Counted from the first letter of the stretch, positions 39,271 through 53,120 are shown. The stretch is DNA of 64,000 nucleotides from Octopus sinensis (GCF_006345805.1 NC_043001.1:3348001-3412000); one strand, 5' to 3'. Numbers and translations are program-made. The notes: generated by a model not told the origin, from the sequence alone.

Positions 39271-39500
39271 ACTATATATATATATATACATAGATAGATA
39301 TGTATGTATATGTAAATGTGTGTGTATGTATACATATATACATACATGTGTGTGTGTGCATGTATGTGTGTGCATACGTGTATGTATATGTGTACATGTG
39401 TGCATCTGTAGATTCTATGAACGATGTTTTACCTTCTCAATGCCTATTGAATAATTTCCCTTTATTCAACGGGTTTTTTTCCATAGTATTTTTGTTTGTC

Positions 39501-39565
39501 TTAATAACTGATGAGATGTCGGAACAGACTTCAGCCCCGGTATCTGAAACTCTAAGTCTCATTAT
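39501..39565 (+). ncRNA. hammerhead ribozyme motif
   Basis: taataa-CTGATGA-gatgtcgg...ccggtatct-GAAA-ct-cta-ag-TC-tcatta; intact core, GUC site; lies in a ~160-bp unit between microsatellites. Confidence 0.7.
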
Positions 39566-39590
39566 ATATATATGTACGTATGTGTGTATA

Positions 39591-39626
<36 letters not shown>

Positions 39627-39726
39627 TGTATGTATGTATGTATGTATGTATGTATGTATGTATGTATGTGTGTGTGTGTTTGTATGTATGTATGTATGTA
39701 TGTTTGTGTGTATGTATGTATGTATG

Positions 39727-39760
<34 letters not shown>

Positions 39761-41574
39761 TGTATGTATGTATGTATGTATGTATGGATGGATGGATGGA
39801 TGTATATATCTTTGGTCTTCTCAGGAACAACTTTGGAGTAAATTACAAAAGAAAATTACTTGTGATAGTGACATTGAGTCAGGTGAGAAACGAAATGCTT
39901 TGGTTCCTCCGCCGACTCGGTTCTATCACCATTTCGCTGATGTCTTGATTTACAACACATCATTAGCAAAAGGTAGAAATATTGAAACCTATTGTAAACG
40001 ATTTCTAAAAATTTAGAAGAAATCGCCTGATCATACAACTGACCAATTATTTTTGTAAATTAGGATTTACCAGAAATAATAGAATAGCAATGAATTGGTT
40101 TCTACGTAAATTATTTGTATATACGACTAATTACTTTTCTTGTTTAAATTTGCTTGTTTGTTTACACCAAATTTACAAATTGCTTGCTTTATAACCGAAA
40201 ACTAGATTTTTAAACCATAAATTAAGACTTGTTTTATTCCCCACCACACCAGTCTCGCCATCGTTATCGTTATTAGAAATTAGAAACTTTGCTTTCCTTT
40301 CATTGTCTTCTTTATTATAATCAACTAAATTCAAGTTTTTTTCGCTGTTTATAGAAGTGCTGATGGTGCATGGCTTAATGGATTGGTTATTGAACTAGTC
40401 ACATGGGTGCAGTTGTTTTTGGTTGCTGTGGTGACTGGTTGAAGAGATGAATTAAAATATGTTTCTTGGGCTGCATCAAGTAACTGAACAGCGCTCGTGA
40501 ACATTTAACAAAAGAATTTGCTATCATACATAAAAATCAACAGCGTCGGTCTATTATAGAAAACAATAGCAATAATTACTAACTGGGAGAGAGATACTGC
40601 TTGGAGTTTACAGCAAGCCATTGAAATGGCAACATGCAGCTTACTCACCATAGCTGGAAACGGTTGCGCTATATTTGAGGTGATGGAGCTTCCTGTCATC
40701 TATGTGTGCCATCTGTCCAAGCTGCCTTCCTGAGTCATGTGGCTGGTAAAAAGGCAAGCTGAACGGTGTTTATAGTCAAATCCTACAATATTTGGGAAAA
40801 CCTCTCCATGCCATCGCTTCACATTGATTGGTCAGTTAAACTATTGATTGGTCAGATAAAACTATGGCGGTTTGATCATAATGCCTGACTGCATATCCAG
40901 GGTTCAGTTTCAAATCCCTGCTACACACTCATGTTGGCATGACTGTGGTTTCGATTCCCAGAATGGTAATGCTTTGTTTTCTTGAGAGAAAAACACTTTT
41001 GTTGCATCAGTTCATTGAAGTGTAATGAGTAACCCGACCGTAGACTTGCATCTCGTTCAGCAGCAGCAGCAGCAGTAGCAGGAGCAGCAGCAGCAGCAGT
41101 AGCAGGAGCAGCAGCAACAGCAGGGAGGTTCTGCTCTCATTCCCTTATGCACAATGGAATCTCGGTAATTGGCCCTAATGAGCCAGTGGAATTGAGATAT
41201 TATTTTACTAACTAAAATTGCATGAAATCTGATGTAATATTAAACTTACTTATCATCATCATCATCATCCTCATCGTCGTCGTGGTCGTCGTGGTCGTCG
41301 TCCTCATCCTCATCATCATCATCATCATCGTCTCAGACAAGTTACCGCAGTGTCTCAAGTGTTGCAATTTGAATGAAAGTGGTAGAATAGTTTCAGCATT
41401 GACCAAATTAAAATTCAAAACTTTGGGGTGACAACTTGCCATTATGATGATGATTTAGACGAGCAAAACGCACCCTCCCATCCAATGGACGGTGCTAAGT
41501 TGTCAAACATTTAAACCAAACTTTCTCAAAACAACTTGTCCGACCGTCCCATAGGCCTCCCCTTTGAGAAACAC

Positions 41575-41832
41575 TGATTTAACCTAAATTTGAGACACCA
41601 GCAAAAGAAGAAATAAAGATGGACTTTTTTCTATTCCAAAGAAAAACGATTTCCCACGGCTTTATCGATTGCATTCTCACCTGGAATTGATTTTTGTCAT
41701 TTTTGCAAGACTTATACACTCCCTGATACCGTCGGTATCTACATATCAAATTTGAGTGCAATCGGATGGAGGATGCCCGAGACCCTAGAAGACACACACA
41801 GAGACAGACAGAACGGATTTTATATAATAGAT
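41575..41832 (+). mobile_element. non-autonomous Helitron/Helentron-like (DINE-type) 3' end
   Basis: caaatttgagtgcaatcgg...(acag)n...ttttatataatagat terminus, resembling DINE-1/HINE-like elements. Confidence 0.55.
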
Positions 41833-42529
41833 TAGGTTTTGGTGGAACAATTTGCATTCCATTTAGTACAGAGTTCCAAGAGTAAGCACCTCTCTAATAA
41901 GCACCAACCTTATATTCAACCATTCTCAAATTTATCGACATTCACATCATCTCACCACCCTAACAACTGAGCCATTTCACTACTGTATGTCTACTCAATG
42001 AATGCTGATCACAAATTAAACGCAAACATCAATTTGGTTTGATTGGGTTTCGGTTTAATGCAATGATAATGAGATTTCAATTCTATCAGAAGATGATGGC
42101 TTATGTAAATGAAAAGTTGGAACTCGTATGTTGTTTTTGTTTCGTTTTTGCTTTCCTTTTCTGGTTTGATGGCCTTCTTAATTACATCCCCAAGATCAAA
42201 GGTTTCCAAGTTGTGTGACAGGACACTTTTCTGTATTAAGAAGAGTATTTAGTTGTATTAGGAAATTTGGTGGAATTCAATCAATTTGTCAAGAATATAT
42301 GGCGTAAATTACATTTAGAACTTGGCAATTCTGTGTAAAGTTAAACAAGTGATTAGTGAATAGGATAACTAATTAATCAGAAAACTTATGCATCACAAAA
42401 ATATTTATTTTTGTAAAAACTTGTAAAAATATGAAGTTTTGGTTTAGAGTGTGAATGTAAATTGAAGTGAAAATTTCAATTGAGCAATAAAATTTAAAAT
42501 TTAAAATTCTTTTCCAGACATTTATTATT

Positions 42530-43060
42530 TTATTCTCTTATTTGTTTCAGTCATTTAACTGCGGCCATGCTGGAGCACCGCTTTCAGTCAATCAAATCGA
42601 CCACAGCACTTATTCTTTGTAAGCCTAGTGTTTATACTATCGACTCTCTGCCGAACCGCTAAGTTACAGGGGCGTAAACACACCAGCATCGGTTGTCAAG
42701 AGATGTTGGGGGGACAAACACAGACACACATACATATATATGTATATACGTATTTCAAAATAGAAAATTACCCTTTAACAGGTAATTTTCTATTTTGAAA
42801 TACGAATATGTTGTCTGTTGACTTTTTATACATGCTAGGCCACTGGTGGTGATATTTATAATGAGTATTCGCCACCCTATATATATATATATACGACAGA
42901 CTTCTTTCAGTTTCCGTGTACCAAATCCACTCACAATACTTTCGTTTGCCCGAGGCTATAGTAGAAGGCGCTTGCCCAAGATGCCACGCAGTAGGACTGA
43001 ACCCGGAACCATGTGGTTGGTAAGCAAGCTACTTACCACACAGCCACACCTGCACCTATA
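42530..43060 (-). mobile_element. SINE family B with a ~130-bp insert (42749-42877) in its internal TA tract
   Basis: B halves at 42530-42730 and 42890-43060; the insert starts with a perfect 24-bp hairpin. Confidence 0.85.
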
Positions 43061-43070
43061 AATGTGAGAC

Positions 43071-43188
43071 TCCTACAGCACCTAGGTTTCCCAAGCGGTC
43101 ACCCATCTAAGTACCCGCTAGGCTCGATGTTATATAACTTCGGTGATCGGACGAGAACCGATGCTCTCAACGTGATATGGCTGTAACC
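43071..43188 (-). rRNA. dispersed 5S rRNA copy, probably a pseudogene
   Basis: Minus strand: ccatatcacgttgagagcatcggttctcgtccgatcaccgaagtt...gtacttagatgggtgaccgcttgggaaacctaggtgctgtag; ~118 nt; substitutions in box A/C; no T4 terminator; not in an array. Confidence 0.92.
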
Positions 43189-43619
43189 GTTTAATAATAT
43201 TAATTTTATGATTCAGTCTTACATTGAACATACCAGCATGACAACCTCCACATCTTTTTACCAATTAATAATGCATCTACTGGAAGGTGTCATTGTACCA
43301 CAATACACTTTGAAAAAATGTGTAGCTAAATAAATATTTGTTGGAATCTCAACTCTTTCATGTGGAATTGAAAAGAAAACATTCTTGAACAGCAGACGCA
43401 GAGGCTCTATTATTAGCAAAGTATAACAAAAATATCAAAATACAGACAGTGTATTCTTGTAACAATTAACACCAAATATGATAGCCAAACTATTTTCTGA
43501 TTCTTGAAAGAAATCTCATACCATCTGTCAAAAACATTTAACGTCCAACAATAGCTAATGAGAAACAAACACAAAATATTTGTCTAAGTTTCAAACATAA
43601 AGGATAATAATTCTACACT

Positions 43620-44152
43620 TATATATGGAAATTGTAGTTATGATACCTGTGCCGGCGGCACGTAAAAAGCACCATCCGAACGTGGCCGAAGCCAGCGCCG
43701 CCTTGACTGGCTTCTGTGCCTATGGCACATGACCTACTATGCTTGAGGAGACTTATTGAATCAAATACATCAACATCAACATCAAAATAAATATCAAATG
43801 GAAATTGTAGTTGTGATACCTGTGCAGGCGGCACGTAAAAAGCACCATCCGAACGTGGCCGGTGCCAGCGCCGCCTTGACTAGCTTCTGTGTCGGTGGCA
43901 CGTAAAAAGCACCAACCGATTATGGCCGCTGCCAACCTCCCCTGGCACCTATGCCAGTGGCACGTAAAAAGCACCTACTACACTCACGGAAAGGTTGGCG
44001 TTAGGAAGGGCGTCCAGCTGTAGAAACACTGCCAGATCAGACTGGAGCCTGGTGTAGCCTCCTGGATTCCCAGACCCCAGTCGAACCGTCCAACCCGTGC
44101 TAGCACGGAAAACGGACGTTAAACGATGATGATGATGTTGATGATGATGATA
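43620..44152 (+). mobile_element. SINE family C, long copy with internal tandem duplications
   Basis: Repeated ggcacgtaaaaagcacc units, gttggcgttaggaagggc, aaacggacgttaaacgatgatg tail. Confidence 0.9.
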
Positions 44153-44459
44153 TGTTGAGTAATGTCCTCAACTTAATTGTTAGAGCCACAAAGCTTTCGG
44201 CTCTTGTGCCACAAAGCTTTCGGCTCTTGTGCCACCCAGCTTTCCTCTTAAGCTTATCATAGGCTGCATGGTTAAAGTATCTGCTTCCTAAAAATATGGT
44301 ATTGAGTTCAGTCCCCTTGAAAGGTTCCTGGGGAGAGAGTTTTCTGCTTTAGCCGGGGTGTGGCCATAATCTTGTGAGTAATTTTGGTTAACGGAAATTG
44401 AAAGAACAACGATGTGTACAAGTATAATAATACATATATACAAACATACATCAGTGTCT

Positions 44460-44925
44460 GTGATTATGTATGCGTGCATGCATGTACGCATGTGTGTGTG
44501 TGTGTGTGCGTATTTATGTATGCATGTGTGAGTATGTGTATGTATGTATGCGTGCTATTATGTATGTACGCATGTGTGTGTATGTGCGTATGTATGCATG
44601 TGTGTGTGTGTATGTGTATGAATCTGTGTGTATGTGCATATGTATGTATGCATATAGCTATGTATTTATGTATGTATCTGTTTATTTGTGTGTATGTGTA
44701 TGTATATATGTATGTATGTGTGTATGCATGTGTGTGTGCATGTGTGTGTATGTATATGTATGTATTTATGTGTGTGTGTATGTGCATATGTATGTATGCA
44801 TATATGTATATATGTATGTATATATTTGTGTATATGTGTATGTATATATGTATGTGTGTATGTATGTATGTAGTATGTATGTATGTATGTATGTGTGTAT
44901 GTATGTATGTATGTGTGTGTGTTGT
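44460..44925. repeat. (TG)n/(TATG)n microsatellite
   Basis: Direct inspection. Confidence 0.9.
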
Positions 44926-46186
44926 ACCTTGCAACTTTTGCCTATGAAATCACACTTGTTACATTCTACTTTCTATTGATTACCCCCTTAACTATTCAAC
45001 TAATTAACTGATCAATTGTTTGATCGCTCAGTCAATCAGACTCCTCGCCGAGCTCTTTCAATCACAGACTGTGACCACCTTCTTCTTTATGACATACCCG
45101 CACCCCACCCGCATCTGCTCTTCTCCCTGCTAATGTGCATCTCCTGTAATTTTCCTAAGCTGATTATTTTGTCTTTGCTTCAGCAACCATTGTTTATAAT
45201 ATCTGGGTTTTCTCTGTGTTTATGATATTTTAATCAGGGCAGGGGTACTTTGCGCACTCTCCTGCTTCACGGTCGGTGTGCAGTGTGTGACTGAGCGTGG
45301 CAGTTCATGGGTCTTGTGTGTGTGTAAGTGTGTGAGTATGTCTACTTATGATTAACCATGTATGTTAGTACTTAGTTGCTAATTAGCAGCGATTTCTGGA
45401 TGGCAGATGTTGGAAGGTGGGTCTTTCGAGCTTTTCAACTTTTGGATTTTGTTTTAACAGAAATATTAGAAATACATCCGCACGCATATATATTTACATA
45501 CTTTGCACACCCTTATTCTTATGGGGGTAGATACACTCACACATACACACACATATGCTTATAAGCAAAACACAGTGCGTGGTGGAGAGCTTGCTATTGC
45601 CTTCACACACACACACATACACACATTTATAGACTTATCTATCTATATTTGTGTATCAACGTGCGGGTTTGTGTGTGAGGGCACATGGCCTAGTGAATAG
45701 CGTGTTGCATTCGTGATCACAAGATCGGTATTTCAAATCTTGGACAGGAATGTGTGTTGTGTTCTTGAGCAAAATACTTCATGTCAGGTTGCTAATCAAT
45801 CACTTCGACACAAGACATGTAGTACACTGTGCACTTTTCCAGGCAGCATCATTTTAAAGGAAAGTGTATGGAAGGTGTCAGCTGATGCATATATATGTAT
45901 ATATGTATGTATTTGTGTGAAAGATGTCCACTGGTCACGTGTGAGCAACGAGAGAGTTAAGTAGGAAGAGAGAGGGAAAGATAGAGAGCGGTGAAAAGAG
46001 GAGAACAGAGAAAGAATGGGAGAGAAAAAGAGGGGAGATACGAAATAAAATAAAGGAGAGACAAAAAGAGATAGTGATATAATAGTGTCGCATCAGAATT
46101 ATAAGATAAAACTTACTTAGACGAATCATTTGAGTAGAGTGCAGCAAGGAACGTCCGTACCATCTTTCTTGGATCGCAAAAGACTA

Positions 46187-46224
<38 letters not shown>

Positions 46225-46249
46225 ATACATATAAATATGTATATATACA

Positions 46250-46445
46250 CATTATGTAGGGAGAATTCACAAATAAAAGCAAAAGACGAAGACAGGTGGT
46301 GTAAACGACACAAAGATGTATTAGTATAACGCTTGGGAAGTGAAAAAGTCTGTAGCGTTTCGAGCTTACGCTCTTCCACAGAAAGGAACGAGGAGAGAAA
46401 CAAGGAGAGAAAATGAAGAATGTGTAGTGGCTAGTGATCTATAAT
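46250..46445 (-). mobile_element. short TA-embedded repeat with hammerhead-like motif (46347-46386)
   Basis: Minus strand: cttt-CTGTGGA-agagc-gtaa-gctc-GAAA-cg-cta; core deviates from CUGANGA. Confidence 0.5.
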
Positions 46446-46462
46446 ACATTATGTATATACAT

Positions 46463-46522
<60 letters not shown>

Positions 46523-46539
46523 TTATGTTGTTATAGGCG

Positions 46540-46930
46540 TAGGCGTGGCTGTGTGGTAAGTAGCTTGCTTAATAACCACATGGTTCGGGGTTCAGTCCTA
46601 CTGCGTAGCAACTTGGGCAAGGGTCTTCTACTATAGCTTCAAACTGACCAAAGCCTTGTGAGTGGATTTGGTAGACGGAAACTGAAAGAAGCCCGTTATA
46701 TATATGTATATATATATATATATATGTATACGTCTGTTTATCTGTATTTGTCCCCACCTCCTTCACTTGAAAACCGGTGTTTGTATGTTTACGTTCCGTG
46801 ACTGAGGGGTTCGGCCAAAAGAACTTATACAATAAGTACTAGACTTACAAAGAATAACTCCTGGGTTAGATTTGTTCGACTAAAGGCGGTGCTCCAGCAT
46901 GACCACAGTCAAATAACTAAAATAAGTGAA
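46540..46930 (+). mobile_element. SINE family B
   Basis: gcgtggctgtgtggtaag...aaggcggtgctccagcatg. Confidence 0.85.
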
Positions 46931-46979
46931 AGTATATATATGTATATATATGTATACGTGTGTATATTATTTACATTAT

Positions 46980-47656
46980 TATATGATTGAACGCCACGCA
47001 TGTATTCCCAAGTAAGTTTTATCTTGATAATTCTGATCTGACACTATTATATCAGTATCTGTTTTTGTCTCTCCTTCTTTATTTTATTTTTTATCTCCCC
47101 TCTTTTTCTCTCCCATTCTTTCTCTGTTCTCCTCCTTTCACCGCTCTCTATCTTTCCCTCTCTCTTCCTACGTAACACTCTCGCTGCTCACACGTGACCA
47201 TTGGACATCTTTCTTTCTTTCTTCTTCTTATTCAGCTACAGGGATAGCACGTCAAAGCTTATTTCTCCAGCGTCTACCACTTCACCTCCTTATGGCTTAA
47301 CAGCTCTTACCGTTTGTTTTCACTGTCCTGTGTTTGTTACCAACTTTGACCCACTGCAAATCCGAAACTTTACTTAATTTGCCTTGCGGGAGCAACTGTT
47401 TTGACGAAGACGCATCTTGTCCTAGTGCTCGTTTTGCGGAGTAGATGAAACAGTGGACAACAGATGAAGGAATTGTTCTTTATGTTGCCTGCCTAGCTTT
47501 CCTATTTGTTTCTTTCATTGTTCGCAAAAGAAATGTTCGTTTCCCATGTTGTGGCAATTCATGTTCCCGTTTTTCATGTTGCTTACGTTTTTTGACATCC
47601 TGTACCCATATACACATGTGTATGTAAGTATGTACATGTATGTATATAGGCATATG

Positions 47657-47720
<64 letters not shown>

Positions 47721-47792
47721 CACACAACACACACACACATATATATATTATATGATTGAACGCAATGCATACATTCCCAATTAAGTTTTATC
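46980..47792 (+). mobile_element. pLTR-like unit with degenerate HHR (47396-47463) and a repeated 5' segment
   Basis: ctgtt-TTGACGA-agac...GAAA-cagtg-gac-aacag; 46980-47025 is repeated at 47749-47792. Confidence 0.5.
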
Positions 47793-47883
47793 TATCTATC
47801 TATTTATATCTATATCTCTCTCTCTCTATATATATATATAATCATAGACAGACACATGCACACACACACCACACACACACACA

Positions 47884-47918
<35 letters not shown>

Positions 47919-48197
47919 CACACGTATAAAGTTTAAAAGTGCACACATTAAAAAGAATACTGATTAGCATAACTACTATGATTAAAATTCAAATCAAAGT
48001 GAAAACGTTTTTAGGCATGTAACGCAAGAAACGAGTTAAAAGATGTAGCGGATCGTATCCTTTAGTTTTTGCTTTGCAATATCAATTGTGTCAGATTAAG
48101 CTAAGCAAGATCTGTTATTCTTTTGTAACAGAATCTAAATTTTCAAAGAACCTTATGGTTGCAATTAATAATTATCTAATTTCATTTTTAAGAAATC

Positions 48198-48428
48198 TAT
48201 TTCTTTACTACCCACAAGGGGCTAAACACAGAGGGGACAAGCAAGAACAGATAAAGGGATTAAGTCGATTACATCGACCCCAGTGCGTAACTGGTACTTA
48301 ATTTATCGACCCCGAAAGGATGAAAGGCAAAGTCGACCTCAGCGGAATTTGAACTCACAACGTAACGGCAGCCGAAATACCGCAAAGCATTTCGCCCGAC
48401 GTGCTAACGATTCTGCCAGCTCGCCGCC
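48198..48428 (-). mobile_element. SINE family A monomer with TSD
   Basis: tttttaagaaatc at 48185-48197 and 48434-48446. Confidence 0.9.
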
Positions 48429-49179
48429 TTTTTTTTTTAAGAAATCATGTGTCGGACAGTACCATTAGAATTGCTTCCTGTCCGCATAATCGACATGCTT
48501 TTTTTTTCTCGTTTATGCGGTTGAAACTATTACTGCGCTCCATTTTAAGGTTTAGTGGGTGTTTAAACTTTTACGGTATCATATGCACAGGCCTGATGAA
48601 GTTGAATGAACCAATTTGAGGGTTCTTGAATGAATGCACATGCATGAAAGCGTCTCTGGAAGTTATTTGTAGTAGCTCCTATGTGTCCCCTAGTATCTGC
48701 AGGTGTAATTGCTTGATACTGATAGATGATGTTTTTGGTAAAACATTTTCCATTTAATGGGCAATTGTAGGTGTTTTTACAATTACAGGTTTTAGTAGTA
48801 GGAGCTTTGTGCTAATAGTAATGAATATTTTGATATTTGGTATCTGCTCGAAGTTTAGATGATCAGTTATAGCTGAGATGTATTGGGTAAACGCCAAAGA
48901 ATTATTGTTGTGCTGCCGACTAAAACAATGGTTAACGTTGAGTTCTGTTGACGATCATGCTTTAAGAATTAGAGCCCTTCGTTGGACGAATAATGCTGTG
49001 ATCAGGACCATTTAGTGATTGGTTATAATGTATTGTGGGACTTATATGTGTAAATAGTTTAGTATTATTTGCTTTGAAGTTATTAGTCCTAGCAATGTCA
49101 AAGCAAGGTTTGGCTTGCAGAGTAAGACAACTGAACAGTGTACTTATTAAGTATTTGGTAATATGTGTGGTGTAGTAAG

Positions 49180-49390
49180 TCAGCGAGCCGGCAGGATCCT
49201 TAATGCACAGACCAAAACGCTTACTGGCATTTCATCTTTACCTTCTGAGTTCAAATTCCACCGAGATCGACTTTGTCATTCATTCTTTCGGTGTCGATAA
49301 AATAGATTCCAGTTGAGCACTGGAACAATGTAATCTACTTGACTTAACTCCTGAAATTTCTGGCTTTGTGCCAAAATTTAAAACCAGTGT
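49180..49390 (+). mobile_element. degenerate SINE family A
   Basis: ttctgagttcaaattccaccgagatcgactttg...gtcgataaaata. Confidence 0.75.
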
Positions 49391-49711
49391 TTGAGGTAAG
49401 CTGCGAAATTGGTTTTAAGAAGAGAGAAGAATATTTCTTCCAAGAGATTATGTGGATGGTAATTCCATATAACTTTCCTATTCCTATTCTTTCTCTTGGT
49501 GTGAATTATGCTGGAAGTGCAGCTGCTGTTATTGTAAATAGAATTTCTAATAAGCAGGAATTTATTAGTTTCTATCTTAGAGTTTGAACATTTAGAGCTG
49601 ACTGAGTCCCTAAAGACAGACTCTGCGTATCGAGGTGCAAAATATTTTAATGTTTATTTATTTGCGTTTTTAAATTATGAAAACTTAATGTCACTTTATG
49701 GCCATGGGTTT

Positions 49712-49756
<45 letters not shown>

Positions 49757-50304
49757 TATATATATATTATATATATAATCTCTTCTTTATTAATACTTCT
49801 GTTGAGAGCCTCAGTATAATAGTTGGTTATATTATTAAAAATTTCCCTATTTGTGGTTAACTTAGATACTCAGGTCATTCACAAGTGCTCAGCTCTAAGT
49901 TCAATGCAACTTGTAGCAGAAACAGCTGTAAGCTCATGAAGAGGATTACCGAATTCTGGTTCCATCGTCACTTATACAATTTAATATTACCCCCTATAGT
50001 TGGCGAACATCTTATTGTGAAGCAAATTACATTGCGTTTTAAAGCCAGGTTATTAGTATCGTTGTACATAAATGAAATCTTGATATATACACGTATGTGT
50101 ATGTATCTATGTATGTCTATATACACACATGCTATATATGAGAGTGCGTGCTTGTCGGTCTGTGTGGGGTTTGGTCGACAAGAATGTAAGTGTTCAATAC
50201 CTACAATGATGATTATTTGTTCAGAAACTGGTGATAAATCATCCAGATTTTACTGCATCACTTAATTGTCAATTCAACAATACAGCGATGAATATATCAT
50301 CATT

Positions 50305-50343
<39 letters not shown>

Positions 50344-51769
50344 GTCATCACCACCGCTACCAGCCACCACAATCACCACAACTACCACCACCACCACCAT
50401 CATCATCATCCTCATAGATTTTCTATCAACTTTCCATGCTACGATGGGTTGGACAAGACATTTTTCAGTCAGTGTTTTCATAGCTAGACGTCCTAGAAGG
50501 CAAGGCCTTCCTTTCTCTTAAGTAGGTATCTCAAATATTCCTTGGGGAGAAATGAAAGTCAGTTTTTATTTTATGATTTTCCTCAAACTGATTAATAAAA
50601 AATAATGTCTAATTTTCATAGCCGTAAACTTTAGCAAAATAGTTGCTAAGCAGTTTTCCTCTCTGGACATGTGTGTGTGTGTGCTTATACTTGTGTGTAT
50701 GTGTGTGTGTGTGTGTGCTTATACTTGTGTGTATGTATGTGTGTGTGTGAACTAGCACTCGTGCGTATGTGTCTATACATACTTCTTTATCTGGATATGG
50801 CTTGGTCTAATAGGAGAGAAGTGTATTTGACAACGATGAGGCTTTAGGTTTAATCCCATAGCAGAACATTTCAGCTGTGTTTTAGCGTAAACTCAGAAAC
50901 TGTTTGGAATGGATCCTTTAAGAGCAGAGTCTGAAGGAAAAGAATTCTTCTACAGCCTTATTTGGGATTTTCCCAGTCATGCACCTAAAGTTTCTGAACA
51001 ACCGGCATTCTGTAAGGATGGAACTTGAGATTAATTTTTAAAATTCTTTAGAAAGTTCGATCAATCAAGCACAAAGAAGAATCATTTATACAGGCTGTAG
51101 ACTTAGGTGACTGGAAAACAGACCTACCCTCTGCTTAAATAGCTTTCCAGAATCCAAATGTCTCATGATCCTCCAGGTAATTTTCTTTCCAGCGTTGGAC
51201 CTGCGACCTGAAATTTTCAGTTTGTACTTATATGGATTTTCATTCAAGAACTGCATTCTACCCATTTAGTCTAAAACGAATACGCAAACGTCTACGAAAC
51301 TTAATAAAAACGTTGCCATTCTTCAATGTTATTGAAAAGGTTGCAAGACGCAACGAACATTTTAGGAACAAAAAAATAAGAAACAAGTGGAAATTTTACC
51401 GGTGAGTGTGTTACATAACAAAGGCACAAAAAAAAAACGACTCTCCCCAGACACAACAGAATATGCTTCAACACACGAACTCAAATAAAGAATCTTGCAA
51501 GCCAAATCCAAAAACGAAATATTCTTGATATACATTTCAACAGAAAACTTGCCGTGTGCAGTGATCTAGAACAACATAGTAATACTAACTGCAAGAAGAT
51601 ACTATTTCCACCATCCTAACATTACTAGCACCACGCGAATGGCCGGCTTAAATGTGAGAAATTTTTTCTTTTTTTTTTGCAGCCTGTAATTGAAATTCTA
51701 TCGAAGTTACTCTGTGCCATGATAAATCCACATGACAACTATATTTGGGTTATAAATATACACACAAGC

Positions 51770-51923
51770 ATGGCTGTGGTAAGAAATGTGTTTCCAAACC
51801 ACACGGTTCTGGGTTCAGTTCCGGTGTGTTGCACTGTGTTCTACTATAGTCTCAATCCAAACAAACGGAAATTGAAAGAAGCCCGTCGTATGTATGTACG
51901 CATGTATATATGTGTGTGTGCAC

Positions 51924-51968
<45 letters not shown>

Positions 51969-52018
51969 ATATATATTTATATATATGTATATATATATGT
52001 GTATATATATATGTATCC

Positions 52019-52060
<42 letters not shown>

Positions 52061-52310
52061 GTATATATATATGTGTGTATATATGTACGTGTGTGTGCGT
52101 GTGCACGTGTGTGTTTGTGCATGTGTGCTTATGTGTGTGTTCCCCACTACTGATTCGCACCCAGCGTTGGTGTGTTCATGTCCTCATAGCTTAGCAATTC
52201 GGCAAAATTAGACCGATAGAATAAGGACGAGACCTTAAAAAAACCCTGGAACCGATTCGTTGGACAAAACGTTCTTCGAGGCGGTACCCCAGCATGGTTG
52301 CAGTTCAATC
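51770..52310 (+). mobile_element. SINE family B with expanded internal microsatellite
   Basis: Head 51770-51890, TA/TG tract, 3' half 52140-52310. Confidence 0.8.
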
Positions 52311-52619
52311 CTTTATATTTCTACTTACACCATTAGCCAATCAGCAAGCTGCGGTTCATGTGATCAAACAATTGAGATATTCATCGTGCAACTGGTGGAG
52401 ATCCATCGCGTTTCTTTAAAGTGCTAATAATTTTTTTTTCTTAATATTTTGTATCGGATTAACTAAAATTTAAGATTTGTGTTTTCCGAAATAACTGAAA
52501 TATCAATGAATCTTTATAACAGGAATATTTTTTTTTTACACATTTTATTAAAAAATATTGTAAACCTATGTTTATGAATATAAATGTGAGTGTAAACATC
52601 AACAAACACACCGTTACTA

Positions 52620-52648
52620 TGATCATCGTCGCCATCACCATCATCATC

Positions 52649-52707
<59 letters not shown>

Positions 52708-52726
52708 CACCATCATCATCACCAAC

Positions 52727-52802
<76 letters not shown>

Positions 52803-52815
52803 CCATCATCATTAC

Positions 52816-52851
<36 letters not shown>

Positions 52852-53120
52852 CATCATCATCATCACCATCCTCCTCCTCCTCCTCCTCATCATCATCATC
52901 ATCGTCATCATCATCATCATCGTCATTGTCGTCGTCGTTGTCGTCACTATCATCATCGTCGTCAACATTATCATCATCGTCTTCGCTGCTATCGTCATCT
53001 CCGTCTTCGCCAACATGACCCTCATCATCACCACGACCAACACTACCGACAACATCGTCGTTGTCACGGTTGTCGCTGCCTCCCCCCTCATCACCCATAA
53101 CATCAAGACTACCCCCATCA
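52620..53120. repeat. long (CAT)n-type trinucleotide repeat
   Basis: Gives poly-D, poly-M and poly-I ORFs in several frames. Confidence 0.9.

Noticed and set aside
52514-53098. Asp-rich 194-aa ORF resembling acidic biomineralisation proteins
   Set aside because: It coincides with a (CAT)n tract that is open in other frames too; no signal peptide; similar tracts recur throughout the window.
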